DNA from: a bacterium
GTDB taxonomy: Bacteria > DRYD01
Assembly: GCA_039630415.1 (NCBI GenBank)
Contig: JBCNVB010000003.1
Coordinates: 1-64,000 of the forward strand
DNA length: 64,000 nucleotides
Direction of reading: 5' to 3'
Numbering within the stretch: the stretch's first letter is position 1; the number at the start of each line of letters is the position of its first letter. This document shows positions 29,186 through 38,728 of this stretch, in pieces. Under the pieces are notes generated by a model. The model made no database searches. It was not told where the DNA came from and worked only from the letters and a program-made list of their open reading frames with translations. The position numbers were made by a program, and so were the translations under genes.

Positions 29186-30202
29186 ATGAAAGCAATAGCA
29201 AAGGTAAGGAATGATAGGGGATTGGAAATCATAGAGTCATCTTATCCGAATATTTTGCCCGATGATTATGTTTTGGTTAGAGTGGATGGGGTATCAATTT
29301 GTGGAACGGATTTACATATATATGAGTGGGATGAATGGGCTAAAAATAGAATAAAAATACCAAGAATTATAGGGCACGAGGGAACTGGAATTGTAGAAGA
29401 AATCGGTAAAAATGTTAAAAATGTTAGAGCAGGTCAGAGAATATCTTTTGAAAGTCATCTACCTTGTTTGAATTGTTACCAATGTAAGACTGGAAAAATG
29501 CATATATGTTTGAATTTAAATGTTTTAGGAATAGATATTGATGGATTATTTAGGAAGTATGTTAGTGTACCGAGTTTTATAGTTATACCGAATGATTTTG
29601 GTATAGAAGCTGCTATACTAGAGCCAATGGGTAATGCTTTCCATTGTTTACATAGAGTAAATGTAAGTGGTAAGTTTGTGGGAATACTGGGGGATGGACC
29701 TATAGCTTTGTTTTTGTTTTACTTTGCTCAAAAATTTGGGGCATCTAAAATTTTTCTAATAGGAGCCAGTTCGTATAGAATTGAATTAGCTTATAAATTG
29801 AATAAATTCAATCATTACGTGCTGCATTATCGTGAACCTGTGGAGGATATCATAAAAAAGGAAACTGATGGTAGGATGCTTGATGTTGTTTTTGAGATGG
29901 CTGGGGTAAATCAAACTGTTAACATGGGCTTGGATTTGTTAGGAATGGGAGGAAAATTCGTAGCTTTTGGTATACTACCAAACACTATCAACCTTGATTA
30001 CAATAAAATAATCTTCAAAGCAATAGACATAGTATCGATAAATGGAAGGGTAATGTTTGATACCTGGTATTTTATGATGAATATCGTAAAGAAAGAAGAA
30101 ATTGGTATGTTTGTAACACATTATTTTGATTTTGATGAATATCAGGAGGCTTTCAGATTACTAATAAACAGACAGGCTTTGAAGGTAATACTTAAGGTAT
30201 GA
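29186..30202 (+). CDS. tdh: L-threonine 3-dehydrogenase (Zn-dependent MDR family)
   Basis: SICGTDLHIYEWDEWA, IGHE, C..C..C.......C, EPMGNA.H, I.GR.MFDTWY. Confidence 0.85.
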   Translation: MKAIAKVRNDRGLEIIESSYPNILPDDYVLVRVDGVSICGTDLHIYEWDEWAKNRIKIPRIIGHEGTGIVEEIGKNVKNVRAGQRISFESHLPCLNCYQCKTGKMHICLNLNVLGIDIDGLFRKYVSVPSFIVIPNDFGIEAAILEPMGNAFHCLHRVNVSGKFVGILGDGPIALFLFYFAQKFGASKIFLIGASSYRIELAYKLNKFNHYVLHYREPVEDIIKKETDGRMLDVVFEMAGVNQTVNMGLDLLGMGGKFVAFGILPNTINLDYNKIIFKAIDIVSINGRVMFDTWYFMMNIVKKEEIGMFVTHYFDFDEYQEAFRLLINRQALKVILKV

Positions 30203-31023
30203 TAATCTCGTGGGAGCTTGTTTTTAGGATAACTCTTATTGGACTTGTTTTTTTTGAGAACTATGTTTTTTTTAGGTTCTGTATATATTATAGAATTCTG
30301 AGTGCTATTTTTTTGAAGTTAATTAGTTTTATCTTAATTTTAGCAAGCTGGAATATGCCATTATATATGCTTGGATTTATTATCTTGAATTTGTCTGTTT
30401 CTTTCTTGACTGCTTTTATTTATCAGCCTGAGTACAGGTTTTTCTTTTTGAAATATAGAAATTTTGATCTGTATGATTCTAATTTTATAAAGAGGCTATT
30501 AGGGATTAATGAGAATATGTCGGTTTCTACGAAATTTTTGGATCAGTTGGTTGAAGCGGTGTATAATCTAGCTGAAAAGGGGATAGGTGCTTTGATTATT
30601 ATAGAAAGAAAGGTATCTCTTGATTACTATATTAACAATGGTTATTTGATAAATTCGGATGTAAGTGGTGCTATACTGGAGACTATATTTAACAAAAATT
30701 CACCTTTACATGATGGGGCTATTATAATAAGGGATGGGAAAATAGTTGCGGCTAAATGTTTCGTTCCTTTAAATACTTCGGAATTTTTAGATATCGATAC
30801 CAAAGTTCCTCATTTAGTTGGAGCGAGACATAGAGCAGGTATAGGTATAACTCAAACAACTGATGCTGTAAGTATAGTCGTATCTGAAAATAATAATACT
30901 GTTTCATTTTGCTATGAAGGAAAAATGCTGTATGATCTTAAGCCAGAACAATTATACCAAAATTTGAAAAACCAAGTAATATTGAATGCTATCCCATTTG
31001 AGAAAATAGAGAGGTTATCATGA
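30199..31023 (+). CDS. dacA: Diadenylate cyclase (CdaA/DacA; TM helices + DisA_N domain)
   Basis: N-terminal TM helices, FQPE-like YQPE, IGALIIIER, PLHDGAIII, GARHRAGIG, VVSE. Confidence 0.9.
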   Translation: MIISWELVFRITLIGLVFFENYVFFRFCIYYRILSAIFLKLISFILILASWNMPLYMLGFIILNLSVSFLTAFIYQPEYRFFFLKYRNFDLYDSNFIKRLLGINENMSVSTKFLDQLVEAVYNLAEKGIGALIIIERKVSLDYYINNGYLINSDVSGAILETIFNKNSPLHDGAIIIRDGKIVAAKCFVPLNTSEFLDIDTKVPHLVGARHRAGIGITQTTDAVSIVVSENNNTVSFCYEGKMLYDLKPEQLYQNLKNQVILNAIPFEKIERLS

Positions 31024-32006
31024 TTACCAAAGAAATACAATTGGTAAGTTTACTATACGACAAACCAGAAATAAGACTTTCTGAAATAGCTAAGACTTTG
31101 AAAGTATCAACTAATCAAGCAAAGAAGATGATAGATTCTGTATCCAAAGAACTTGGACTTGCGTTGAAATATAATAAGAAAAATCGTACATTTTGTCTAG
31201 TACAACAAGAGATCGAAAGAAGTTATATGAAAGTTGAATTCTGGTCACAAGTATTAATGTATATTTTTTCAGTGTTATCTAGATCGGAAGATAAAAGAGT
31301 TAAAAATCTAGCTTGCATGCTTCTTTCAAACTTTGCCAAGTTTTACATGAACCAGAATAGCACTGAAAATCAATCTAGCCATCTTTCTAACCAACCTCTA
31401 GATCTTGACTTTCTTTTCTTATTAAATGAAACCTTGCTATCATATGTTAAACAAATGGACTATTTTACTTTTGTTAAAATAAAGAATGCTATAGTCAATA
31501 AAAATGAGATAAGGATAACTGTAATTGATAGACTTACTTCAGGGTATAAGAGGGTAAATCTTTTCCCTCTATACCTTTCTTTCTTGAGAAATTCGTGGTA
31601 TTTAGTGGGGTTTAGTGATAATGAGTATGTTGTTTTTGATGTTGATGACATAAAGGAGATTTTTCTAACAGGTAAAGTATGGGAAGGAGAAATTAACTTT
31701 TCGGTTGAAGAAGCAATTCCGGAAATAAAACAATACATTGTACGTTCAAAAAAATATAACGTAAAAATAGACATAACCGATTATTTGAAAGTTCACAAGT
31801 TATCGTTTTTCCATCCTTCTCAAAGAATAGAATTTCATGATGGAAAAGTGTTTTTAAGAATAGAGATAGTTAATTTGTTTATGTTATTCAATTGGCTTTC
31901 TTCATTTGGTACATTGATGAAAATAGTAGAGCCAGATGAAGTCAAGCAAAAATATATCGAGTATTTAATGTCGATAGTAAATAGTTACAATGAAGGGGGC
32001 AAGTAA
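31020..32006 (+). CDS. WYL-domain transcriptional regulator (wHTH-WYL-WCX)
   Basis: N-terminal HTH (LSEIAKTLKVS), AI......I, P..L....NSWYLVG, FHPSQ, WL.SFG..M.I.EP.E. Confidence 0.85.
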   Translation: MITKEIQLVSLLYDKPEIRLSEIAKTLKVSTNQAKKMIDSVSKELGLALKYNKKNRTFCLVQQEIERSYMKVEFWSQVLMYIFSVLSRSEDKRVKNLACMLLSNFAKFYMNQNSTENQSSHLSNQPLDLDFLFLLNETLLSYVKQMDYFTFVKIKNAIVNKNEIRITVIDRLTSGYKRVNLFPLYLSFLRNSWYLVGFSDNEYVVFDVDDIKEIFLTGKVWEGEINFSVEEAIPEIKQYIVRSKKYNVKIDITDYLKVHKLSFFHPSQRIEFHDGKVFLRIEIVNLFMLFNWLSSFGTLMKIVEPDEVKQKYIEYLMSIVNSYNEGGK

Positions 32007-32008
32007 GT

Positions 32009-33415
32009 ATGGTTAGAACTAGATTTGCACCTTCTCCAACGGGAAATTTGCACATTGGCGGAGCTAGGACAGCTCTATTCAACTTCCTCTTTTCAAAAAA
32101 GAATAACGGTAAATTTATTTTGAGAATAGAAGATACCGACTTGGATAGGTCAAAAATTGAGTATGAGCAAAGCATTATTAGTGATTTAAGGTGGCTAGGG
32201 ATAGAATGGGACGAAGGACCTGATAAAGGTGGACTTTTTCAACCTTACAGACAATCAGAAAGAACTGAAATATACAAACAAGAATTAAAAAAACTTATAG
32301 AAAAAGGATTGGCTTACGAATGTTATTGTACTGAAGAAGAATTAGAAATACAAAGGAAATTACAGCTTAAAGAAAAAAAACCGCCGGTGTATGACAGAAG
32401 ATGCACTAAACTTACTAACAAACAAAGGCAAGAATATATTAACGAAGGTAGAAAACCATCTTACAGGTTTTTAATGCCTCATGAAAAATTGGTTTATCAT
32501 GATTTGATTCATGGTAGAATGGAATTTGATACTTCTCTTATGTCAGATCCGATAATAGTTAAGAGTAATGGTATACCGACATATAATTTTGCTTGTGTAG
32601 TTGATGATTATCATATGAAGATCACACACGTAATAAGGGGTGATGAGCATATAGACAATACTCCAAGGCAGATAATGATATTCAAAGCTCTGGAATACAA
32701 TCCTCCTGAATATGCGCATATCCCAATGATTTTAGCTCCGGACAGGACAAAACTTTCCAAAAGGCATGGGGCAACCTCGGTAAGAGAATTAAGAGAAATG
32801 GGATTTGTTCCAGAAGCCGTTGCTAACTATATAGCACTTCTAGGTTGGTCGCCAAAAGAAAATAAAGAAATATTTCAAATCGATGAAATAATCCAAAAGT
32901 TTGATTTCGATCATATACTCGATCATCCAGCTGTATATGACATAGACAAAATGAAATGGTTTAATCATTTCTACATATCCAATATCCTAGACGTGGATAA
33001 AATAGTTAACTACATACAAAACTTAAAACCCATAGACAAAGATATATACATGAAGATAGTTGAATTTGAAAAAAATAGAGTATATTTGCTTACGGAATTT
33101 GATGAGGTTTATAATTTGGTTACTTCAAATAATGTACAATATGAAGAGTCGATTACTTCTGAGTACAAACCAATCTTGAATACGATATATGAAGACATAA
33201 AGAACATCGATTTTGGTTCAGTTGATACGATCAAGCAAGGTCTCAAAATGATACAACAAAAACATAATTACAAAACTAGTCAGGTTTACAAAGCTATCAG
33301 GTATTTTCTAACTGGTAAGCTAGAGGGTGTAGAGTTACCAAAACTGATGTATCTATTTACCAAGCAAAGAGTTTTAGAAATTCTAGGAGCTGTAAACATA
33401 GGGGGAAGAGCTTAG
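32009..33415 (+). CDS. gltX: Glutamate--tRNA ligase
   Basis: RTRFAPSPTG.LHIGG.RTAL, LRIEDTD, ITHVIRG, KLSKR. Confidence 0.96.
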   Translation: MVRTRFAPSPTGNLHIGGARTALFNFLFSKKNNGKFILRIEDTDLDRSKIEYEQSIISDLRWLGIEWDEGPDKGGLFQPYRQSERTEIYKQELKKLIEKGLAYECYCTEEELEIQRKLQLKEKKPPVYDRRCTKLTNKQRQEYINEGRKPSYRFLMPHEKLVYHDLIHGRMEFDTSLMSDPIIVKSNGIPTYNFACVVDDYHMKITHVIRGDEHIDNTPRQIMIFKALEYNPPEYAHIPMILAPDRTKLSKRHGATSVRELREMGFVPEAVANYIALLGWSPKENKEIFQIDEIIQKFDFDHILDHPAVYDIDKMKWFNHFYISNILDVDKIVNYIQNLKPIDKDIYMKIVEFEKNRVYLLTEFDEVYNLVTSNNVQYEESITSEYKPILNTIYEDIKNIDFGSVDTIKQGLKMIQQKHNYKTSQVYKAIRYFLTGKLEGVELPKLMYLFTKQRVLEILGAVNIGGRA

Positions 33416-33488
33416 TTTATGGATCTATCTGACGATTAGTCTAGAATTTTGAAGGTTTATACAACTATAAGGAAGGAGGATTCAACTT

Positions 33489-36263
33489 ATGGATTTATCT
33501 AAAACTGTAAATTTACCAAGAACAGATTTTTCTATGAAGGCAAATTTACCTCTTACTGAACCAGAAATTGTTGATTTTTGGAAAGAAAATAGAGTATATC
33601 AAAGGGCTTTAAAAAGAAGGCAGGATGGGGAGTATAGAGTTTTACATGATGGTCCTCCTTATTCGAATGGAAAAATACATCTTGGACATGCACTTAATAA
33701 AATTCTAAAGGACATAGTGGTTAAATATTGGACTTTGAGGGGCTATTATAGTCCTTTTATACCTGGTTGGGATACTCATGGTTTGCCGAATGAAAAAGCT
33801 GCCATATCTACTTACAACATAGATAGAAAAAAAGTTTCACCTTCATATATACGGGAAAAATCAAAAGAAATAGCCATGTATTATTCTGAGATTCAGAGGG
33901 AGCAGTTCAAAAGATTAGGCGTTTTTGCTGATTGGGATAATCCATATTTAACACTTAACCCTTCATACGAGGCAAATATTATAAGGGCTTTTGGATTACT
34001 GGCTAAAAATGGATATATTTATAGGGATCTTAAGCCTGTGTATTGGTGTTATGAATGTGAAACATCTTTAGCGGATGCAGAAATAGAATATAAACAGAAA
34101 AAATCTCCATCCATAGTTGTTTCATTTAAGGTTCTGGATGAGTTTGTTAAAAATTTTGGTGATTATGATGAGTTATATGCTGTTATATGGACAACTACTC
34201 CGTGGACTTTACCAGCTAACGTTGCTATTGCTTACAAACCTGAATCTTTGTATTTAATAGTTGAATACAATCAGAAAAAATACATTGTTGCTAAAGAAGC
34301 ATATCATACTGCTCCTCAGTTAGCCTTTATTAGAAGTGAATCTAGGATATTAAGTGAGTTTAAATCGGAAAGATTTGAAAATTTGAAAGTAAAACATCCT
34401 TTCATGGGTAGAGAATCTGTTTTTGTGCCTGCGGAGTATGTTGATTTATCAAATGGTACGGGTTTGGTTCATATTGCACCTGGGCATGGTTATGAGGACT
34501 ATGCTGTTGGTAAAAGATTTAATCTAGAAGTGCTTTCTCCAGTGGATCATGAAGGTAAATTCACTTCTGAAGTTAAGTTCTTAGAAGGAGTTCATATAGA
34601 ACAAGCTAATCAGGTCATAATAGATACTTTGAAAAACAATGGAAACTTAGTTTTTGAGGATCAGTTTGAGCATTCATACCCTCATTGTTGGAGGTGCCAT
34701 AAGCCAGTTTTATTTAGATCTACATATCAATGGTTTTTAGATGTTGAAAAGATGAGGAATGAATTGATTGGGTCTGTTGATCAGGTTGAATGGTATCCTG
34801 AATGGGGAGCAGAGAGAATGAAAAAAATGATAGAAAACAGACCTGATTGGTGTTTATCAAGGCAAAGGGTTTGGGGAGTATTTATACCAGTTATTTATTG
34901 TAAAAAATGTCATGATCATATACTTGACTATGAGTTAATAGAAAACATAGCATCTATTGTTGAAAAAGAAGGAAGTGATATATGGTGGAGTAAGGATGTT
35001 AAGTATTTCATTACTAAGAATACGAAATGTTCTAGGTGTGGGTCTAGAGAGTTTGAAAAAGAAAAGGATATATTTGATGTGTGGTTTGAATCTGCTGTTA
35101 GTCATTTTGCTGTTCTAAAAGGTATAAATCATCCTTGTGAACTTTACTTAGAGGGAGCGGATCAGTATAGGGGATGGTTTCAGGTATCATTGATAACGAG
35201 TGTTGGTATATTAGGTAAACCACCGTATAAGAAGGTTTTGACGCATGGATGGGTTTTAGATCAGGAAGGTAGAGCAATGCATAAATCACTTGGTAATGTT
35301 ATCGACCCTATGGAGATAGTAGAGCAATATGGAGCGGATATTCTCAGACTTTATTTCGCTTCTTCAGAATACACTAACGATATTAAAATGTCTTACTCTA
35401 CTATTAATCTAGTAGCAGAAATGTATAAAAAAATAAGAAACACTATAAGATTTATGCTTGGTAATATTTATGATTTTGATGTTTCTGCTCATAATTTTGA
35501 TATAAATCAATTGCCTATACTTGAGAAATATATACTTTGGGAGCATTCAAAGATGCTAGCGAAAATACAAAGCTATATAGATAATTTTGAATTCCATAGG
35601 TATGTGTATACTGTTTATGAGTATATTGTTCATGAACTAAGTTCATTTTATTTAGATATAAGGAAAGATATTTTGTATACGTATGATGTGGATTCATTTG
35701 AGAGAAGGGCTTGTCAATTTGTGATTTTTAATATTTTGAGGGATTTATTGATAGTACTTTTCCCTGTGTTATCATTTACTTGTGAGCAGGCATGGAGAAA
35801 TATTCCAATGCATAACATTAGTACTTTTAGTTGTTACTTACAAGATTGGCCATTAGCAGAGAAATACAAAATATCTGAAAATCTGGAATTTTATCAAAAG
35901 CTTATATCTATCTATAAAAATTGTCAACCGATTTTTGAAAAATACAAAAACAAAGGTGTTATCAAAACATTAAATGAAAGTATAATGAAGATTTATTGTG
36001 AACAGGATTATAGTTTTATTGTTTCAAATGTTAATTTGCTTAAGGAAATGATGAGAGTAGCTGAAATACAGGTTTATCAAAAACCCGAGAAGGAAATTGA
36101 TAGTTTTGTCATAGATGGTATAGGCTTTTTTGTTGAATTTGAGAAATCGAATTACCATAAGTGTGGAAGATGTTGGAATTATTACAAAGAGCTTAAAGAT
36201 TATACTATGAATGTTTGTGATAGATGTTATAGTGTTTTGCAAACCAAGGGGGTGGTAACATGA
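33489..36263 (+). CDS. ileS: Isoleucine--tRNA ligase (type 1, C-terminal Zn finger)
   Basis: LHDGPPY, HLGH, PGWDTHGLP, WTTTPWTLP, DWCLSRQR.WG, EG.DQ.RGWF, AMHKS, CGRCW...CDRC. Confidence 0.97.
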   Translation: MDLSKTVNLPRTDFSMKANLPLTEPEIVDFWKENRVYQRALKRRQDGEYRVLHDGPPYSNGKIHLGHALNKILKDIVVKYWTLRGYYSPFIPGWDTHGLPNEKAAISTYNIDRKKVSPSYIREKSKEIAMYYSEIQREQFKRLGVFADWDNPYLTLNPSYEANIIRAFGLLAKNGYIYRDLKPVYWCYECETSLADAEIEYKQKKSPSIVVSFKVLDEFVKNFGDYDELYAVIWTTTPWTLPANVAIAYKPESLYLIVEYNQKKYIVAKEAYHTAPQLAFIRSESRILSEFKSERFENLKVKHPFMGRESVFVPAEYVDLSNGTGLVHIAPGHGYEDYAVGKRFNLEVLSPVDHEGKFTSEVKFLEGVHIEQANQVIIDTLKNNGNLVFEDQFEHSYPHCWRCHKPVLFRSTYQWFLDVEKMRNELIGSVDQVEWYPEWGAERMKKMIENRPDWCLSRQRVWGVFIPVIYCKKCHDHILDYELIENIASIVEKEGSDIWWSKDVKYFITKNTKCSRCGSREFEKEKDIFDVWFESAVSHFAVLKGINHPCELYLEGADQYRGWFQVSLITSVGILGKPPYKKVLTHGWVLDQEGRAMHKSLGNVIDPMEIVEQYGADILRLYFASSEYTNDIKMSYSTINLVAEMYKKIRNTIRFMLGNIYDFDVSAHNFDINQLPILEKYILWEHSKMLAKIQSYIDNFEFHRYVYTVYEYIVHELSSFYLDIRKDILYTYDVDSFERRACQFVIFNILRDLLIVLFPVLSFTCEQAWRNIPMHNISTFSCYLQDWPLAEKYKISENLEFYQKLISIYKNCQPIFEKYKNKGVIKTLNESIMKIYCEQDYSFIVSNVNLLKEMMRVAEIQVYQKPEKEIDSFVIDGIGFFVEFEKSNYHKCGRCWNYYKELKDYTMNVCDRCYSVLQTKGVVT

Positions 36264-38719
36264 TGATGAAGTTAGGAATCCTTGGATATTCGGTTTTGTC
36301 TTTTGTTTTTGTATTGTTATTGATTAGTATAAGCTATGGCGTAGATCAGGTTCATACAGCTGTATCTATTGATAATTCTCCTTCTTGGTTTACTGTAGTA
36401 GGTTCTATAACAAATGGTTCCACTTTAAGTGTTAATAGTGCTTTGTATAACAATTATAGTGTTAGTTTATCTCCTAGTTGGAATCATAACTTTGCAACTT
36501 ATGTTTATGGAGGTAGTATTTCTCAGTTTTTAAACAATTCTAATATTTACAATCAAGCTTCATTAAGTTCTCTTAGTTTGAATAATGATCTATTTTTTAT
36601 GAATGTACTTAATTGGTCTGGATATAACTGGAATAACTTTAGTAATGATTCGTATGTAACAAACAATGGTATAGTTTCGAATATGATTAACATTAATAAC
36701 GTAATTGTGAATAATCCTAATTTATTTAGGATCTATAACTATTCTTTTTATCCAGTGGAGGTTGTAAATGCTTATATTGTTAACAATGGATATGTAAGAA
36801 ATTCTGTGAATGTTTCAAATTCTAACATTAGTGATATTTTTAATTTTTCTATTTCTTCATATGATGTTGGAGGTCTTAACAGTTATACTAATAACGGAAT
36901 CGTAGAGAATGTAGTTAATCTTAGTAATACCTTAGTTAGTAATGGGGTATACAATTATTCACTTAATTCGTATGTCTTTTCAAATCCTATAAATTGTAAT
37001 ATGATCAATACAGGATCAATAATAAATGTTGTAAATAGTATTTCTTCTAGTTCTAATGAGTTAAGAAATCAAGCTATGATTAGTTTTAATCAATCTTTTT
37101 TAGATCATCAAGTTAGTATATCTAATACGGGAAGTGTATTATCTGTGATGAATCTTTCAAATTCTAATCATGGTTCTATTAGTAATGATGGGATTGCTGT
37201 TTATAACTCAAACAGAGCTTTAATTTCGAATACTGGTTCTATACGGGTAAGATCGTATTGGGACTCTTCTTTTAATGGCAATATTTCTTCAATTTCAGGT
37301 ATATTGCTATCTGGTGTAAGGGAAGGAAGGATAGATAATCAGGGTATTATTTCAGTAAGAGGTAATAATCCAAATGCTTCCTCATGGGCAGGTATATATC
37401 TTTTCTCTTCTGGTACCGCTAATAATCCAATATTGATATCAACTCCCGTGCTTATGGATCTAGATTCAAATACTAGAAGTATAATTGTCAATGCTTCACA
37501 CGGTAGACTAGAAAGATTTAGTTTCTATATTAATGGTGATCCATCGTCTGCTAGTTATATAAGACCTATACTGATTAATTCTAACTCTACGTTAGATGTT
37601 ACTAATGCAATGTTGTATTTGTTTGCTTCCAACAACTTACACCTGAATAAACCGTACTACATAATAGAAAATGTATCTGGAAACGTGATAGGAGAGTTTA
37701 ATAATTCTATGATTGTTAATTTCAGTTTACCCTCGTATATAAACCTTAATTGGTATTCAAATCAGGGACAAAACTCATCAGTAATATTTACAGTTAATAC
37801 CCAAATTCTTTCGGAAGTAAGTCATGTACCTAAGATAACTAGAGGATTGGTTATGTTAACTAGTAATCTGAATGATTTGTTGAGGAATAATATAGTTTTG
37901 GAAGAAATCAATAGGGAGCTTAATCAAAAGGATATGAGTAGCTTAAATAGGGATGTTAATTTTAGGGGATTGAGTTTTTATCAAAGAATCGATTCCGCTA
38001 ATTTTAATTTTAATGGATCATTTTGGGGTAGGGGAATAATTTTCGATAAGATGATTAATAGGAGTACTCAAGGAGGATTGGTATTACTTGCAGGAAAGGC
38101 TAACCTTAACTCGGATGAGATTTACTTTGAAGATAAATCTGGAGTTATAGGTTATGGATTATACTTAAACTATAAAGCTCCTACTAACTATTTGCTAGCT
38201 TTATTTAATAACTACAATTTCAGTCATACATACAAATCAAGCACTGGTGTAGATTTTTCTTTACCGGAAAGTTCCAAGTATAATACAAGATTTTACGCTG
38301 CTAAAATTGAATATGGAAGTGGTACTAAAAATAGATTTTATATGGGTTTTGAAATGTTTGGAAGATCAAGTAAAAACTACCATATACTAACACCAGAACC
38401 TCTCTGGAATAGACACATAAGATCTGATAGTATTTCTATAGTTTATGCATACGTAGGAATAGATAACTTTAACATAAATCAAAATCAGTTAGTATTCTAC
38501 ACTGTAAAGCTATCTTTTCCAATTTCAAATAAAAGAATGCAAGTTATAGAGACGATTCAGGGGAATGACTATATTTATAGTTCAAAGCTGTCTAGTTTTT
38601 ATGGACAGTTTGCATTATTTTACAAACCCTTGAATTTGAGTAGTTTCTCAGTAGCTTTGCAAGGTGATATTTCTTCTGACTATGTTAAATACATGCTCAA
38701 AATTCAAACAAGGTTTTAG
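36260..38719 (+). CDS. Asn/Ser-rich autotransporter-like outer membrane protein
   Basis: Signal peptide; repeated N(N/T)G.(V/I).N.(V/I)N.S units (beta-helix-like); amphipathic beta-strand C-terminal third ending in Phe (KIQTRF). Confidence 0.6.
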   Translation: MMMKLGILGYSVLSFVFVLLLISISYGVDQVHTAVSIDNSPSWFTVVGSITNGSTLSVNSALYNNYSVSLSPSWNHNFATYVYGGSISQFLNNSNIYNQASLSSLSLNNDLFFMNVLNWSGYNWNNFSNDSYVTNNGIVSNMININNVIVNNPNLFRIYNYSFYPVEVVNAYIVNNGYVRNSVNVSNSNISDIFNFSISSYDVGGLNSYTNNGIVENVVNLSNTLVSNGVYNYSLNSYVFSNPINCNMINTGSIINVVNSISSSSNELRNQAMISFNQSFLDHQVSISNTGSVLSVMNLSNSNHGSISNDGIAVYNSNRALISNTGSIRVRSYWDSSFNGNISSISGILLSGVREGRIDNQGIISVRGNNPNASSWAGIYLFSSGTANNPILISTPVLMDLDSNTRSIIVNASHGRLERFSFYINGDPSSASYIRPILINSNSTLDVTNAMLYLFASNNLHLNKPYYIIENVSGNVIGEFNNSMIVNFSLPSYINLNWYSNQGQNSSVIFTVNTQILSEVSHVPKITRGLVMLTSNLNDLLRNNIVLEEINRELNQKDMSSLNRDVNFRGLSFYQRIDSANFNFNGSFWGRGIIFDKMINRSTQGGLVLLAGKANLNSDEIYFEDKSGVIGYGLYLNYKAPTNYLLALFNNYNFSHTYKSSTGVDFSLPESSKYNTRFYAAKIEYGSGTKNRFYMGFEMFGRSSKNYHILTPEPLWNRHIRSDSISIVYAYVGIDNFNINQNQLVFYTVKLSFPISNKRMQVIETIQGNDYIYSSKLSSFYGQFALFYKPLNLSSFSVALQGDISSDYVKYMLKIQTRF

Positions 38720-38728
38720 TATAATAAT

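Noticed and set aside
33416-33488. T-box leader for ileS
   Set aside because: Only 73 bp, with no T-box consensus or terminator.
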